A stretch of 64,000 bases of DNA from Bacteriovoracia bacterium. GTDB taxonomy: Bacteria > Bdellovibrionota > UBA1018 > JBFWNL01. The stretch covers positions 683,825 through 747,824 of the forward strand of contig JBFWNL010000001.1 of assembly GCA_050251055.1 (NCBI GenBank). The letters are read 5' to 3'. Below, piece by piece: positions 48,621-57,755 of the stretch. The notes below the pieces were generated by a model. The model searched no databases. It was given only the letters and a program-made list of their open reading frames with translations, and was not told where the DNA came from. The translations under genes were made by a program, and so were the position numbers. Positions within the stretch are counted from its first letter, which is position 1. Every line of letters starts with the position of its first letter.

Positions 48621-49830
48621 TTCCGAGTTGATCGATCAGATAGTCGGCGATCGCAAGCGACGCCGTTGCTCCAGGGCTTGGCGCATTCAGTAGATGAAGC
48701 GCGCGCTCGGCTCTTTCGATACGAAAATCTTGAATCAACTGACCGCTCCCATCCATCGCTTGGGCGCGGATGCCGGAGTGCCCGGCTTCCAAATCTTCGG
48801 GTTGGATCTCCGGGACGAGTCGCTGCAACGCCCGACAAAACGCCGACCGACTGAGCGATTGCTTCAGCTCTGAAGCGATCATCGCGCGATGCCGACTGGC
48901 GAACCGGTATAACCCCGAAAAAAAAACCGCCTCTCCGAAATCCGCCAAATTGAAATCGCGCTTCCCGTAGCCTTCCCGCGCGAGCGACAAGATCGCGTTC
49001 GGCCCCGCATCGAGCGATCCGTCGATCCGACGGGTGAAATGCACGCCTAAAAAAGGAAACTTTGGATCTGGCAGTGGATAAAGGAGATGCCTCACCAGAT
49101 GCTTACGCGATTCCTTCACGCGGAAATAATCACCGCGAAACGGGACGATTCGTACCGCGGGCTCCAAGCCCGCCGAACGGGCCACCCGATCACATTGCAA
49201 TCCCGCGCAGTTGATCAGATGCGAAGCGCGAAAATCCCCGCACGTGGTGGCGACTACGTGGCCGTGGCCGGCACCGGGCCGCTCCCGGTGGAAACCACGT
49301 GCTTCGGCGCCGACGATCACCTCGCCCCCGGCCTCGCCGATCTTCTGGGCCAAACGACTCGCGACTTCGCGATAGTCCACGATACCCTCCTCGGGAACGT
49401 GCAGGGCACCCAGTCCCCGAGCGTGGGGTTCGATCTCTCCGATCTCCTCCGCCTGGAGCAGCCGCAAGCCGCGCAGCCCATTCTGCTGACCGCGCTCCAT
49501 CGTCGCGGGCAGGCGGGCTAGCTCTTCGGAGGTCGTGGCTACCATCAGTTTTCCGCAGATTTCGTGGGGAATCGAATTTTCGCGACAGAACTCGACCATC
49601 TGACGGACGCCATTGACGGCGAGCCGGGCCTTTAACGAACCGGGCACATAGGAAAGACCGGCATGGAGCACTCCGCTGTTATGCCCCGTCTGATGTTGGC
49701 CTACTTGAGGTTCTTTTTCGAGGACGCGCACGAAGGTGGCGGGATCACGCCGCTGCAGGCGATAGGCGGTGGCCAAGCCAATGATGCCACCCCCTATAAC
49801 TGCCACCGACCGACTCAAGCGCGTATCCAC
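48613..49830 (-). CDS. lhgO: L-2-hydroxyglutarate oxidase
   Basis: IGGGIIG, HQTGHNSGVLHAG..Y.PGSLKA, PFRGDY, YPLPDPKFPFLGVHFTR, GPNA, GIRAQA, NAPSPGATASLAI. Confidence 0.9.
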   Translation of the reverse strand: MDTRLSRSVAVIGGGIIGLATAYRLQRRDPATFVRVLEKEPQVGQHQTGHNSGVLHAGLSYVPGSLKARLAVNGVRQMVEFCRENSIPHEICGKLMVATTSEELARLPATMERGQQNGLRGLRLLQAEEIGEIEPHARGLGALHVPEEGIVDYREVASRLAQKIGEAGGEVIVGAEARGFHRERPGAGHGHVVATTCGDFRASHLINCAGLQCDRVARSAGLEPAVRIVPFRGDYFRVKESRKHLVRHLLYPLPDPKFPFLGVHFTRRIDGSLDAGPNAILSLAREGYGKRDFNLADFGEAVFFSGLYRFASRHRAMIASELKQSLSRSAFCRALQRLVPEIQPEDLEAGHSGIRAQAMDGSGQLIQDFRIERAERALHLLNAPSPGATASLAIADYLIDQLGTT

Positions 49831-50744
49831 TCTTTGATTCGGAATAGGACGTCATGCATTGACCACCCCAGCACGGGGGTAAGGCCAGCGTCGAAAGTTA
49901 GTCGATACCTACGCACCTGAGCGAGAGCGCGCCCCAATGCTTCCAGGTAAGGGGGATAAATAAACTGTTTCGCGCCACCAGGTAATCGGTACCCCTCCGC
50001 CTTCACGAAGCTTCCATCTTTGCGCCAACGAAGTGCGTGAAAATGACAGAATACCACGGCCGTGCCGTCGACGCAGGGCCCTTCGGTTATATCATAGTTA
50101 AAGAAATTCCAAGGCGCTACCCCCCCCCCTAAATGTTGCAAAACGTGCACACCGGGAAAACGCGTCTTCCAGTCGTCTAGGTATTTCTGGTCGCCAAACT
50201 TGCCATCCTCCGCACGGGCAAAACACCACTCAAGACACCGTGCTTTCCACCAGTCTAGTGCGGCTAGACCTCGATCGTCATGACGAAAACCCATGAACTG
50301 CACGCAGTAAACACCGCTGGTCAATGAATGATCGTACTTAGGAGTATAACGATGTTCGGTTAAGAGAACCGAGGAGCCCGACTTAGCGAACTCAACCAAT
50401 AATGGCTCCACCGAAGAAAAGAAAAAGAGATCGGCGTCCAGATAAATCACGGAACCAAGACTCAGCTTACGTAGACAGTGGTCAATAATCGACGGCGTGC
50501 AAGTCCAGCAATACTCCGCCACATTCCGGCCCGACTTCACGCTCAAAAGCTCCGGCGTTTCAAACTCGTTCGCACCCACCGGGGTCACGCCGGGCAGCGG
50601 ATAATGGCTCAAATATTGAAACGATTCGTCATCCAGGCAAAACGCCCAAACGCGGCTTTCGGGAGAATACCGATGCAAGGACTCCATCATCGCGATCGCG
50701 CGCGTGAGGTAAACGGAATTAAACAGCGTACAGAAGTTTTTCAC
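49815..50744 (-). CDS. Putative GT-A fold glycosyltransferase containing a poly-G tract
   Basis: GTG start overlapping the upstream stop. FCTLFNSVYL, EYCWTCTP, YLDADL (DxD), GKFGDQKYLDDW, HLGGGVAPWN, HFH. Confidence 0.8.
   Translation of the reverse strand: MKNFCTLFNSVYLTRAIAMMESLHRYSPESRVWAFCLDDESFQYLSHYPLPGVTPVGANEFETPELLSVKSGRNVAEYCWTCTPSIIDHCLRKLSLGSVIYLDADLFFFSSVEPLLVEFAKSGSSVLLTEHRYTPKYDHSLTSGVYCVQFMGFRHDDRGLAALDWWKARCLEWCFARAEDGKFGDQKYLDDWKTRFPGVHVLQHLGGGVAPWNFFNYDITEGPCVDGTAVVFCHFHALRWRKDGSFVKAEGYRLPGGAKQFIYPPYLEALGRALAQVRRYRLTFDAGLTPVLGWSMHDVLFRIKEWIRA
50120..50129 (-). repeat. G10 homopolymer (C10 on + strand) inside the glycosyltransferase
   Basis: Coding strand TTA GGG GGG GGG GTA = L-G-G-G-V. 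Confidence 0.9.
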
Positions 50745-51403
50745 GCGCCCATTTCCAAGTGATAAATCGACGTAATCGCAAGCAACCCCGGGAACTTCTG
50801 CACGAGCCCCTGTTTCCACCCCGTACGCGAACTGCCGAGATGACGGCGATCCAAGATACGCCAACCCTGGGCAGCGACGTAGTCCTCAAAGTCGCGAACG
50901 CCGAGCTGATGGATATGACCGGTGGAATGCCAATCGTAGCCAAAAAGCAAGGGATGCGGCATGCGCCCGTGACAGAGCAGGTCCCACCGATTGGACCAGT
51001 GGCCGAAATTTGGGAAGGAAATGATCTGGCGGCGCGCGACGCGCTTCATTTCGGACATGAGCACTTCCGGGAACATCACCATCTGCACGGTGACGTTGCA
51101 GACCGCGTAGTCGAAAGAACCGGACGTGACATCCTTTAGGGGCTGATCGATCGACCCCTGGTTGACCTGCAGTCCTTTGCGGCGCGCCGACTCCACGCCG
51201 GAAGCCGAGAGCTCGATTCCCTGCCCCGCACACTGCTTCCCGTCGCGCAGCTTCGCCAAGAGCGCGCCGTCACCACAACCCAAGTCCAATACGCGGGCGC
51301 GCGGAGGAACCCAATCGGAGATGACCGGGTACTCGGCCCGGTCGTCGTGCGAGTCAGGTGCGTAAAAATAGTTCCGATTGTCGGTGGAATTCATCGGTGC
51401 CAA
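50741..51403 (-). CDS. MetW-like SAM-dependent methyltransferase
   Basis: VLDLGCGDG, IISFPNFGHW..R, GRMP, HIH. Confidence 0.85.
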   Translation of the reverse strand: MAPMNSTDNRNYFYAPDSHDDRAEYPVISDWVPPRARVLDLGCGDGALLAKLRDGKQCAGQGIELSASGVESARRKGLQVNQGSIDQPLKDVTSGSFDYAVCNVTVQMVMFPEVLMSEMKRVARRQIISFPNFGHWSNRWDLLCHGRMPHPLLFGYDWHSTGHIHQLGVRDFEDYVAAQGWRILDRRHLGSSRTGWKQGLVQKFPGLLAITSIYHLEMGA

Positions 51404-51474
51404 CCAGCCCTAGATACCCAAAAAGCCTTGGGAAAACAATTGACTTCACGCGGCCATGATGATGCTTTTCATTC

Positions 51475-52701
51475 GTGAAGCTCTTGCGCCTTTCCGCCTC
51501 CTATCCTCGCTATTTGGCTAATTTCTACGCCAAGCACGCCGGCCTAGCGGACGCCCCTTATGACACACAAAGTCTTGAACTCGCGAAAGACGCGTTCGGC
51601 TGGGCAGACTTTTGGACGAACAGCCTGCCCAAGCACGGGTACGAAGTTTTGGAAATCGTGGCCAACGCCCAGTTCGCACAAAGGGCCTGGGCACGCGAAT
51701 ACGTGCCTCGGTTAGCGGACGCATCGACGCTTACCATAGCGACTGAACAGGTAAAACAGGTTCGACCCGACATACTTTGGATCTGCGACGTCGAGTTTTT
51801 CGGTACCGATTGGGTGCGCGAGATCCGCGCGGCCTGTCCATCCATTCAACTCGCCATCGCCTGGATGGGAACGCCCGCATACGAGGGAATTGCCGGGCTC
51901 GATGCGTTCGATGGGATTCTCTCGTGCGTGCCCGAGATCGTGACCGACCTCCGGAAGCGGGGACACCGCTCCGATCATCTTCACCATGCTTTCGACGCCC
52001 GTATCTACGACCGCACCCACGCGAACGCGGAAGGCAGCCTGCCGCTCACGTTCGTCGGCCAAGTCCATCGTGAAAAGGGCTTTCACCTGCGGCGCGAAGA
52101 ACTCCTGCTCAAACTCGTGAATCAAGTCCCGCTGCAGCTCTATAGTCCGTCTTCCCAAGTGAACCTGAAAGACATTGCCAAGGCCTACGTGAAGCAAGCC
52201 GCCTACGCCAGCGCCCAAGCACTGCAAAGCCTCGGCGTCTCCAAAGATCGCGTCGCCCTCCTGCCAGGCTTGAAGAACATCGCGCACCGGTCGTCCAAGC
52301 CTCTCGTCCCCGTAGACCTTCGTCTGTTGAGATTCCTGCGCCCGGGTGTATTCGGGCTCGAGATGTTCCAGATTTTGCGGAACTCGCTCGTCTCGTTGAA
52401 CGTGCACATCGACGCTTCGCCGCGCTCCGCTTCCAATATGCGGCTTTTCGAAGCCACCGGCATGGGCTCGTGCCTACTGACAGAGTGGCGAGAAAACCTA
52501 GGTGAGCTATTCACGTTAGATACGGAAGTCGTGACTTACCGTTCGCCCGAAGAATGCCGCGAAAAAGCGCGCTGGCTCATAGACCATCCGCAGGATGCGA
52601 CTCGCATCGGCGAAGCCGGGCGTAAGCGCACGCTCACCGCGCACCAGTTCCAGCATCGCGCCCCGCGTCTGGATCAAATTCTGAAACAATGGCTCCCTTA
52701 G
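51475..52701 (+). CDS. CgeB-family glycosyltransferase (Glyco_trans_1_2)
   Basis: LTFVGQ, VFGLEMF, SLNVHID...SNMRLFEATGMGSCLLT, GRKRTLTAHQF. Confidence 0.85.
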   Translation: MKLLRLSASYPRYLANFYAKHAGLADAPYDTQSLELAKDAFGWADFWTNSLPKHGYEVLEIVANAQFAQRAWAREYVPRLADASTLTIATEQVKQVRPDILWICDVEFFGTDWVREIRAACPSIQLAIAWMGTPAYEGIAGLDAFDGILSCVPEIVTDLRKRGHRSDHLHHAFDARIYDRTHANAEGSLPLTFVGQVHREKGFHLRREELLLKLVNQVPLQLYSPSSQVNLKDIAKAYVKQAAYASAQALQSLGVSKDRVALLPGLKNIAHRSSKPLVPVDLRLLRFLRPGVFGLEMFQILRNSLVSLNVHIDASPRSASNMRLFEATGMGSCLLTEWRENLGELFTLDTEVVTYRSPEECREKARWLIDHPQDATRIGEAGRKRTLTAHQFQHRAPRLDQILKQWLP

Positions 52702-54344
52702 GCACCTTTCTACTCATGACGATCGTCACCGCAGGATTCGCCTTCTCCTTTTGGGGCTGGGGAGCCGGGGCCGCACGCGGGTTGAAGCTCCCTTCGTATG
52801 TGGAGGGCCTGCTCGGGATTTTTGTCGTCGGATTTATCACCTTGTTTTTGAATTTTTTTATCCCGATCTCGCCCTTCATCTCGTCAGCAATCACCGCCGT
52901 GGGGGCGGGCTCTGGAATCTTGGTGCTGAAAAAGTCCGGTCCAAAGGCGCGCTCTGGATACGGGACGGAGTTCGCGTACGTTGGATTTTTCTTGCTCGTT
53001 TTCTTGGCTTGGTCGCAGGCTTCAGCCGTCGTGTACGACACCGGGCTCTACCATTTGCCGATCTTGAAGTGGAAGCAGGACTTCGCGACCCCGCTCGGCG
53101 TCGTACATCTGCATAGCCGGCTTGCCACCAACTCGGTCTGGTTCGCGGCCGCGGCTTCCACCTTGCTTCCCGACCTGGGTGTGGATCCGGCGTTCTGCCT
53201 CAACATCCTCTTCGCCGCGTTCACCGCGCGCCTTCTGTTGCTCGCGTCCCCGAACGACGGGACCATTATCAGCTTTTGGCTAGGTGGACTAATGCTCCTC
53301 TGTCTCGTCCTCTTCAATGGCCCGCTCGCTTTCGTAGGCTCCGTCTCCAACGACTTACCCACGAATTTACTTCCGTTGATCTGCGTCTTTTTAGCTGTGC
53401 GCAGCTGGGAACAACGGCGCTATGATCCCGCACTTCCGCTCTTTGCGGTTTTAAGCACCACGATCAAGGCCTCCGGAGCCTTGAACGTTTTGATTTGCCT
53501 CCCCCCACTCGTTTTGCTCGGCATGAATGCGGTGAAAGCCACCCTCGCTTCCCAAATCTGGCGAACCCTCGCGTTCCTGGGCGGCTGCTTGATCCTGTGG
53601 TGCACATACGGAATCCTCACTTCGGGCTGCCTCGTCTATCCGTTCTCGGGCACTTGTCTCTACGCCCTACCCTGGAGCGCCACGCCCGCCGACGTCGCCG
53701 GCGAAATGGGGGCGATCAAAGCCTGGGCCCGCTCGCCGTTTGGTCACCCCGACGTCGTGCTAAAAGACTGGGCTTGGCTGCCCGCTTGGTGGGCGAGCTT
53801 CAATGATCTTCCTTTGATTCGAGCTACAGCTATCTTGGGGGTAGTAGGCGCCTTGGGCATACTGGCGAAGAGCCTGCTTCGTAAGGCGCCCTTCCCGCGA
53901 TTGATTTTGGGATTGGGTGTGGCGCTCGTGGTGCCGCTCGCCGCCTGGTTCATCTCGGCGCCCGACCCACGCTTTGCCTTTGGGTATTTCCTAGCGCTCG
54001 GCTGCTTGCCGGCCGCCTGGGTTTTCGCGAAAACCGCGGGCAAGCGGCTCGCCTACTATGCTCCGCTCGGGATCCTCGCGATCTGTGCCCTGACCGGCCT
54101 CACCAAGTTGAATCGCGCATGGCCGACCCAACTCAAAAGCGCGACTTTGCCCCTAGCCGCCCACGACGGCACTCAGGGCAAAGTCTCCCTCATGAAAGCC
54201 GGGGGAATCGAGCTCAAACAACCTGTAGGAACCGATCAATGCTGGATGCAAACGCCCCCGTGCACGCCCTACGTACGCAAGGGGTGGACCGGGGTGATGC
54301 ACGGGTATCACATGATTTTCACCCGCGTCGAACCCGCGATCTGA
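52689..54344 (+). CDS. Polytopic membrane protein, LIC_10190-like (putative GT-C)
   Basis: YDTGLYHL, LHSRLATNS, SGCLVYP, PDPRF, CWMQTPPCTPY; paralog of 20460..22103. Confidence 0.75.
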   Translation: MAPLGTFLLMTIVTAGFAFSFWGWGAGAARGLKLPSYVEGLLGIFVVGFITLFLNFFIPISPFISSAITAVGAGSGILVLKKSGPKARSGYGTEFAYVGFFLLVFLAWSQASAVVYDTGLYHLPILKWKQDFATPLGVVHLHSRLATNSVWFAAAASTLLPDLGVDPAFCLNILFAAFTARLLLLASPNDGTIISFWLGGLMLLCLVLFNGPLAFVGSVSNDLPTNLLPLICVFLAVRSWEQRRYDPALPLFAVLSTTIKASGALNVLICLPPLVLLGMNAVKATLASQIWRTLAFLGGCLILWCTYGILTSGCLVYPFSGTCLYALPWSATPADVAGEMGAIKAWARSPFGHPDVVLKDWAWLPAWWASFNDLPLIRATAILGVVGALGILAKSLLRKAPFPRLILGLGVALVVPLAAWFISAPDPRFAFGYFLALGCLPAAWVFAKTAGKRLAYYAPLGILAICALTGLTKLNRAWPTQLKSATLPLAAHDGTQGKVSLMKAGGIELKQPVGTDQCWMQTPPCTPYVRKGWTGVMHGYHMIFTRVEPAI

Positions 54345-54364
54345 TCTTCGTTCTATGGTTCCGG

Positions 54365-55312
54365 TTAATGTTTCGGCAAAATCGCGGCGTACTCGGCCCA
54401 AAATTCGGCGGGGAAAGCTCGCCGCAAATTTTCCGTTCCCGCCGACGGGGGAGCGGGATTCGCCGCCGCGGAGTTTCCCCAAGTGACCGGACAGGGCGGC
54501 AGAGCCATCGCGCGCACGAGGAGCATCTCGTTCACGAACTCCACCCACTCCCGAACGCTGCAGACCACCCCGGTCGGGCGGACCACCTGCGTACCACCCC
54601 GGTCAAAATCACGCGCGGCCTGAATGTATCCGCGAGCAAGGTCCGCCACCGATAGATTGTGCATCGTCGCCTGCGGTGCTTCGACTTTCAAAACCGCATC
54701 CGCCGCGGAGCTGGCTTGGGCGATGCGGATCATTTGCGGAATCAGACGATCATCATTCTCGAGCGGGCCCACCGGATTCGGAATGATCACTTTCGAGAGG
54801 GTGAGTTCGGGAGCACTCAGTTTTTGCAGCTCGTGCCAAACCCGCTGCTTGCTCAGCGCATAAGGCGTGGGAGTACCGGTCGCCCCCGACTCCTCCGGTT
54901 CAATCGCCGTGCCCGAGTAGATGATCCCTTTAGCCGGGACCGCCTTCAACGCCCGCACCAAGCCACCCAAGGGGGGGATCCCGACCGCATCCGCCCGGGC
55001 GACGTCATAGTCAGGCCGCCGGAACTTCTCCATGAAGTGGTGGTGATGAATCCAAATCGCCGGTTGGTTTTCCTGCACCCAACGGGCGAAATCGCCCCGC
55101 TCGGCCACTAGTCCGTAGTGGACCGTCCCGTACCGAGAGAATACGTCGAGCCGCGCCTGCTTCAGACCCAGGTAAGCCGCTTTAGGTTCCGAACAAAGAC
55201 CCGCTACCTCGTACCCTTCCTCCTTCAAAGCACGTGCGATCCACACCGCTGAAAAGGAGGAAGCGGCGGTGATCGCAACGAGCTTGGAGCGTGGATTCGA
55301 CCGGGTCGTCAT
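54365..55312 (-). CDS. Atypical NAD-dependent epimerase/dehydratase-family protein
   Basis: Degenerate Rossmann loop ITAASSFSA; YSGT, TPYALSK (YxxxK), IPNPVGP. Confidence 0.65.
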   Translation of the reverse strand: MTTRSNPRSKLVAITAASSFSAVWIARALKEEGYEVAGLCSEPKAAYLGLKQARLDVFSRYGTVHYGLVAERGDFARWVQENQPAIWIHHHHFMEKFRRPDYDVARADAVGIPPLGGLVRALKAVPAKGIIYSGTAIEPEESGATGTPTPYALSKQRVWHELQKLSAPELTLSKVIIPNPVGPLENDDRLIPQMIRIAQASSAADAVLKVEAPQATMHNLSVADLARGYIQAARDFDRGGTQVVRPTGVVCSVREWVEFVNEMLLVRAMALPPCPVTWGNSAAANPAPPSAGTENLRRAFPAEFWAEYAAILPKH

Positions 55313-55431
55313 GACTAAGTTAGTCGCATCTTTTGCTTGCAGTTTCAATCGGTTCGACAGCGGAGGTGGCGCCACGCAGCAACTCGGATTGCATCGCGAC
55401 AAGAGTCTTGAGGGGGCGCCCCCAAGAAGGT

Positions 55432-56058
55432 ATGACCGTTTTTATGGAGCCACTCTCGAACTGCATGACCCCGGAGGTCATCGCCAAGATCAACCATTTC
55501 ATCGACGAGAACTTCCCTTATCAGGACGCCAAGTTCGTGTTCCAGGACCCAAAATTCCGCGATTTTTTCGTGGCGAATATCTCGCCCGAAATCCGCGCTT
55601 ACATTAAACCCGAGAGTTACATCGTTCTTCGCATGATCAAGCCCCGGGGCGGGGTCCATGCGTACGATTTCCATTTCGACAACTACGCTCAGACTATCCT
55701 CGTGCCGCTCATGACGCCCGATGCGCATCAAAACGGGGACCTCTTGCTTCGGCACCATACACGCGGAGCCCCACGCTTTATTCTGATGCATATCTGGCAG
55801 AAGTTTCTTTTCCAAAACACCCTGGCCCTGAAGCTCTGGTCCTGGCTCGCCACGAAGGAACGTTTCTTTCGCCGGGTCCGGGTAAAGCCGGGAAGCGCGC
55901 TCGTATTCGACGGCTCCCGATCGCTCCACGGAAACATGCCAGTGCAGGCGGGAGAGCGGCGATCGGTGCTGATCCATAACCAGAAATTGTTCAGCGGGTC
56001 GAAAGCCGTGGAATGGATCGAAGGCTATAGCCAGTATCGCAAACAGAAGGCCCAATAA
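55432..56058 (+). CDS. Hypothetical protein with 2OG-Fe(II) oxygenase-like motifs
   Basis: FHFD (HxD), NGDL, PGSALVFDG..SLHG (distal His), RRS. Family assignment is inferred. Confidence 0.55.
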   Translation: MTVFMEPLSNCMTPEVIAKINHFIDENFPYQDAKFVFQDPKFRDFFVANISPEIRAYIKPESYIVLRMIKPRGGVHAYDFHFDNYAQTILVPLMTPDAHQNGDLLLRHHTRGAPRFILMHIWQKFLFQNTLALKLWSWLATKERFFRRVRVKPGSALVFDGSRSLHGNMPVQAGERRSVLIHNQKLFSGSKAVEWIEGYSQYRKQKAQ

Positions 56059-56064
56059 CCCGCT

Positions 56065-57063
56065 ATGTCCGAGCAACTTACTTGTTTTCCATCCACTCAG
56101 CAGGTAAAGAAAGGCATGTCTTTGCCCCTGGAATCCCAGGCAGATTACAGTGACGTCGCGGTCCTGCTTCCCTGCTACAATGAGGAAATCACCATCGCCA
56201 AGGTCGTCGCCGATTTCCGCACACACCTTCCGGGCGCCAAGATCTACGTCTTTGACAATAATTCCAACGACCGTACCTCCGAGCGCGCGCGCGGAGCCGG
56301 CGCGACCGTCGTCCCTTCTCCGAAGCAGGGCAAGGGATGCGTCGTACGTCACATGTTCGATACGGTGGAAGCGACGATCTACCTCATGGCCGACGGCGAT
56401 GACACTTATCCAGCTAAGTCGGCCCCCCAGCTGATCCAGGAATGCCGCGGCGGCGTGGATATGGTGGTGGGCATTCGCATGGAGTCGTACGACCAGTCCG
56501 CCTCCCGTCGTTTCCACAAATTCGGAAATCACTTAGTGGCGCGCCTGATCTCTTTGTCCTTCTCGACGAAAGTCACGGACGTGCTGTCGGGCTTCCGTGC
56601 GTTCTCGCGGTCATTCGTGAAGTCCGTACCGCTCGTGTCGGTGGGATTCACGATCGAAACCGAGATGACGATGCAAGCGGTGGCGAAGGGATTTTCGCTT
56701 CGGGAAATTCCCATCGAATACGGCGCCCGTCCCGAAGGCAGCTTTTCTAAACTTCGTACTTACAGCGACGGCACAATCGTGCTCGCCACCATCGTCGATA
56801 TTTTCAAGAACTATAAACCACTCACCTTCTTCGGGGGACTCTGCGTCCTGCTCGGCGTGATTTCTGCGATCGTTGGCTCAGCCCCGGTTATGGACTTCTT
56901 CACCACGGGGGTAGTGGTGCACGTTCCACGCGCAGTGCTCGCCGCCGCGCTGGCTATCATGGCCATGCTCTCGCTGGGCATCGGCCTTATCTTGGACTCT
57001 ACCTGCAAATACCACCACGAGACGTTTACGCTCTGGCGTCGCGTCCTCACCCAAAGCAAATGA
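56065..57063 (+). CDS. Glycosyltransferase family 2, polyprenol-phosphate (GtrB/DPM-like) with two C-terminal TMs
   Basis: LPCYNEE, DNNSND, QGKG, DGDDTY, DVLSGFRAFSR, GFTIETE, RPEGSFSKL. Confidence 0.92.
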   Translation: MSEQLTCFPSTQQVKKGMSLPLESQADYSDVAVLLPCYNEEITIAKVVADFRTHLPGAKIYVFDNNSNDRTSERARGAGATVVPSPKQGKGCVVRHMFDTVEATIYLMADGDDTYPAKSAPQLIQECRGGVDMVVGIRMESYDQSASRRFHKFGNHLVARLISLSFSTKVTDVLSGFRAFSRSFVKSVPLVSVGFTIETEMTMQAVAKGFSLREIPIEYGARPEGSFSKLRTYSDGTIVLATIVDIFKNYKPLTFFGGLCVLLGVISAIVGSAPVMDFFTTGVVVHVPRAVLAAALAIMAMLSLGIGLILDSTCKYHHETFTLWRRVLTQSK

Positions 57064-57746
57064 AACCAGAAGCATACACGGGCGTAGAAAACCTAGAAAC
57101 AATGTCACTGGCGGTGAACTATAACCAGTTTCTCGTTTCCGAAATCCTTCGCCACGGCCACTCGGCAACCACGTCCTTGGACTTCGGCGCCGGCACGGGC
57201 ACCTTTTCTGGGGCCTTAAGTCGCCACGGCCTGAAAGTGACCTGTTTGGAGCCAGATGAAGAGCTGAGCCGCCGCCTGCGTGCCCAGGGCATGGCCGTCT
57301 GCTCGCGAGTCGAGGATCTCCCCGCCGGACATTTCGACTTCGTTTACTCATTGAACGTGCTGGAGCACATCGAGCACGATCTCGAGGCGCTCCGCCAGCT
57401 CAAGAGCCGCCTCAAGCCGGGCGGTACGTTCTACTTCTACGTACCGGCCTTCAACGTGCTTTTCTCGAGCATGGACCGCAAAGTGGGCCACTTCCGCCGC
57501 TACACCAAAAGTGGCCTCATTCGCGTGGCCACCGAAGCGGGGCTTAAGGTGGAACGCGCGGGTTACGTGGACTCCGTCGGCTTTTTGGTCGCGTTGCTTT
57601 TCCGCTTCATCGGCAATGACGACGGCGAAATCAATCCTGGCATGCTGAAAATCTACGACCGCTTCGTGTTTCCCGTCAGCCGGGTGCTCGACTTCTTGTG
57701 CCGGCCGTTCTTCGGCAAGAATGTATATATTTCTGGAAAAATCTAA
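57060..57746 (+). CDS. Class I SAM-dependent methyltransferase
   Basis: LDFGAGTG, NVLEHIEHD, VPAF...DRKVGHFRRYT; same subfamily as 13021..13782. Confidence 0.88.
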   Translation: MKPEAYTGVENLETMSLAVNYNQFLVSEILRHGHSATTSLDFGAGTGTFSGALSRHGLKVTCLEPDEELSRRLRAQGMAVCSRVEDLPAGHFDFVYSLNVLEHIEHDLEALRQLKSRLKPGGTFYFYVPAFNVLFSSMDRKVGHFRRYTKSGLIRVATEAGLKVERAGYVDSVGFLVALLFRFIGNDDGEINPGMLKIYDRFVFPVSRVLDFLCRPFFGKNVYISGKI

Positions 57747-57755
57747 AGGCCGCGT

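Noticed and set aside
48918-48926. A9 tract in lhgO as a phase-variation site
   Set aside because: Encodes V-F-F-S in frame; A/T runs of this length are common and weak evidence.
55345-56532. 395-aa minus-strand ORF
   Set aside because: Antisense to the oxygenase-like gene and a well-conserved GT2.
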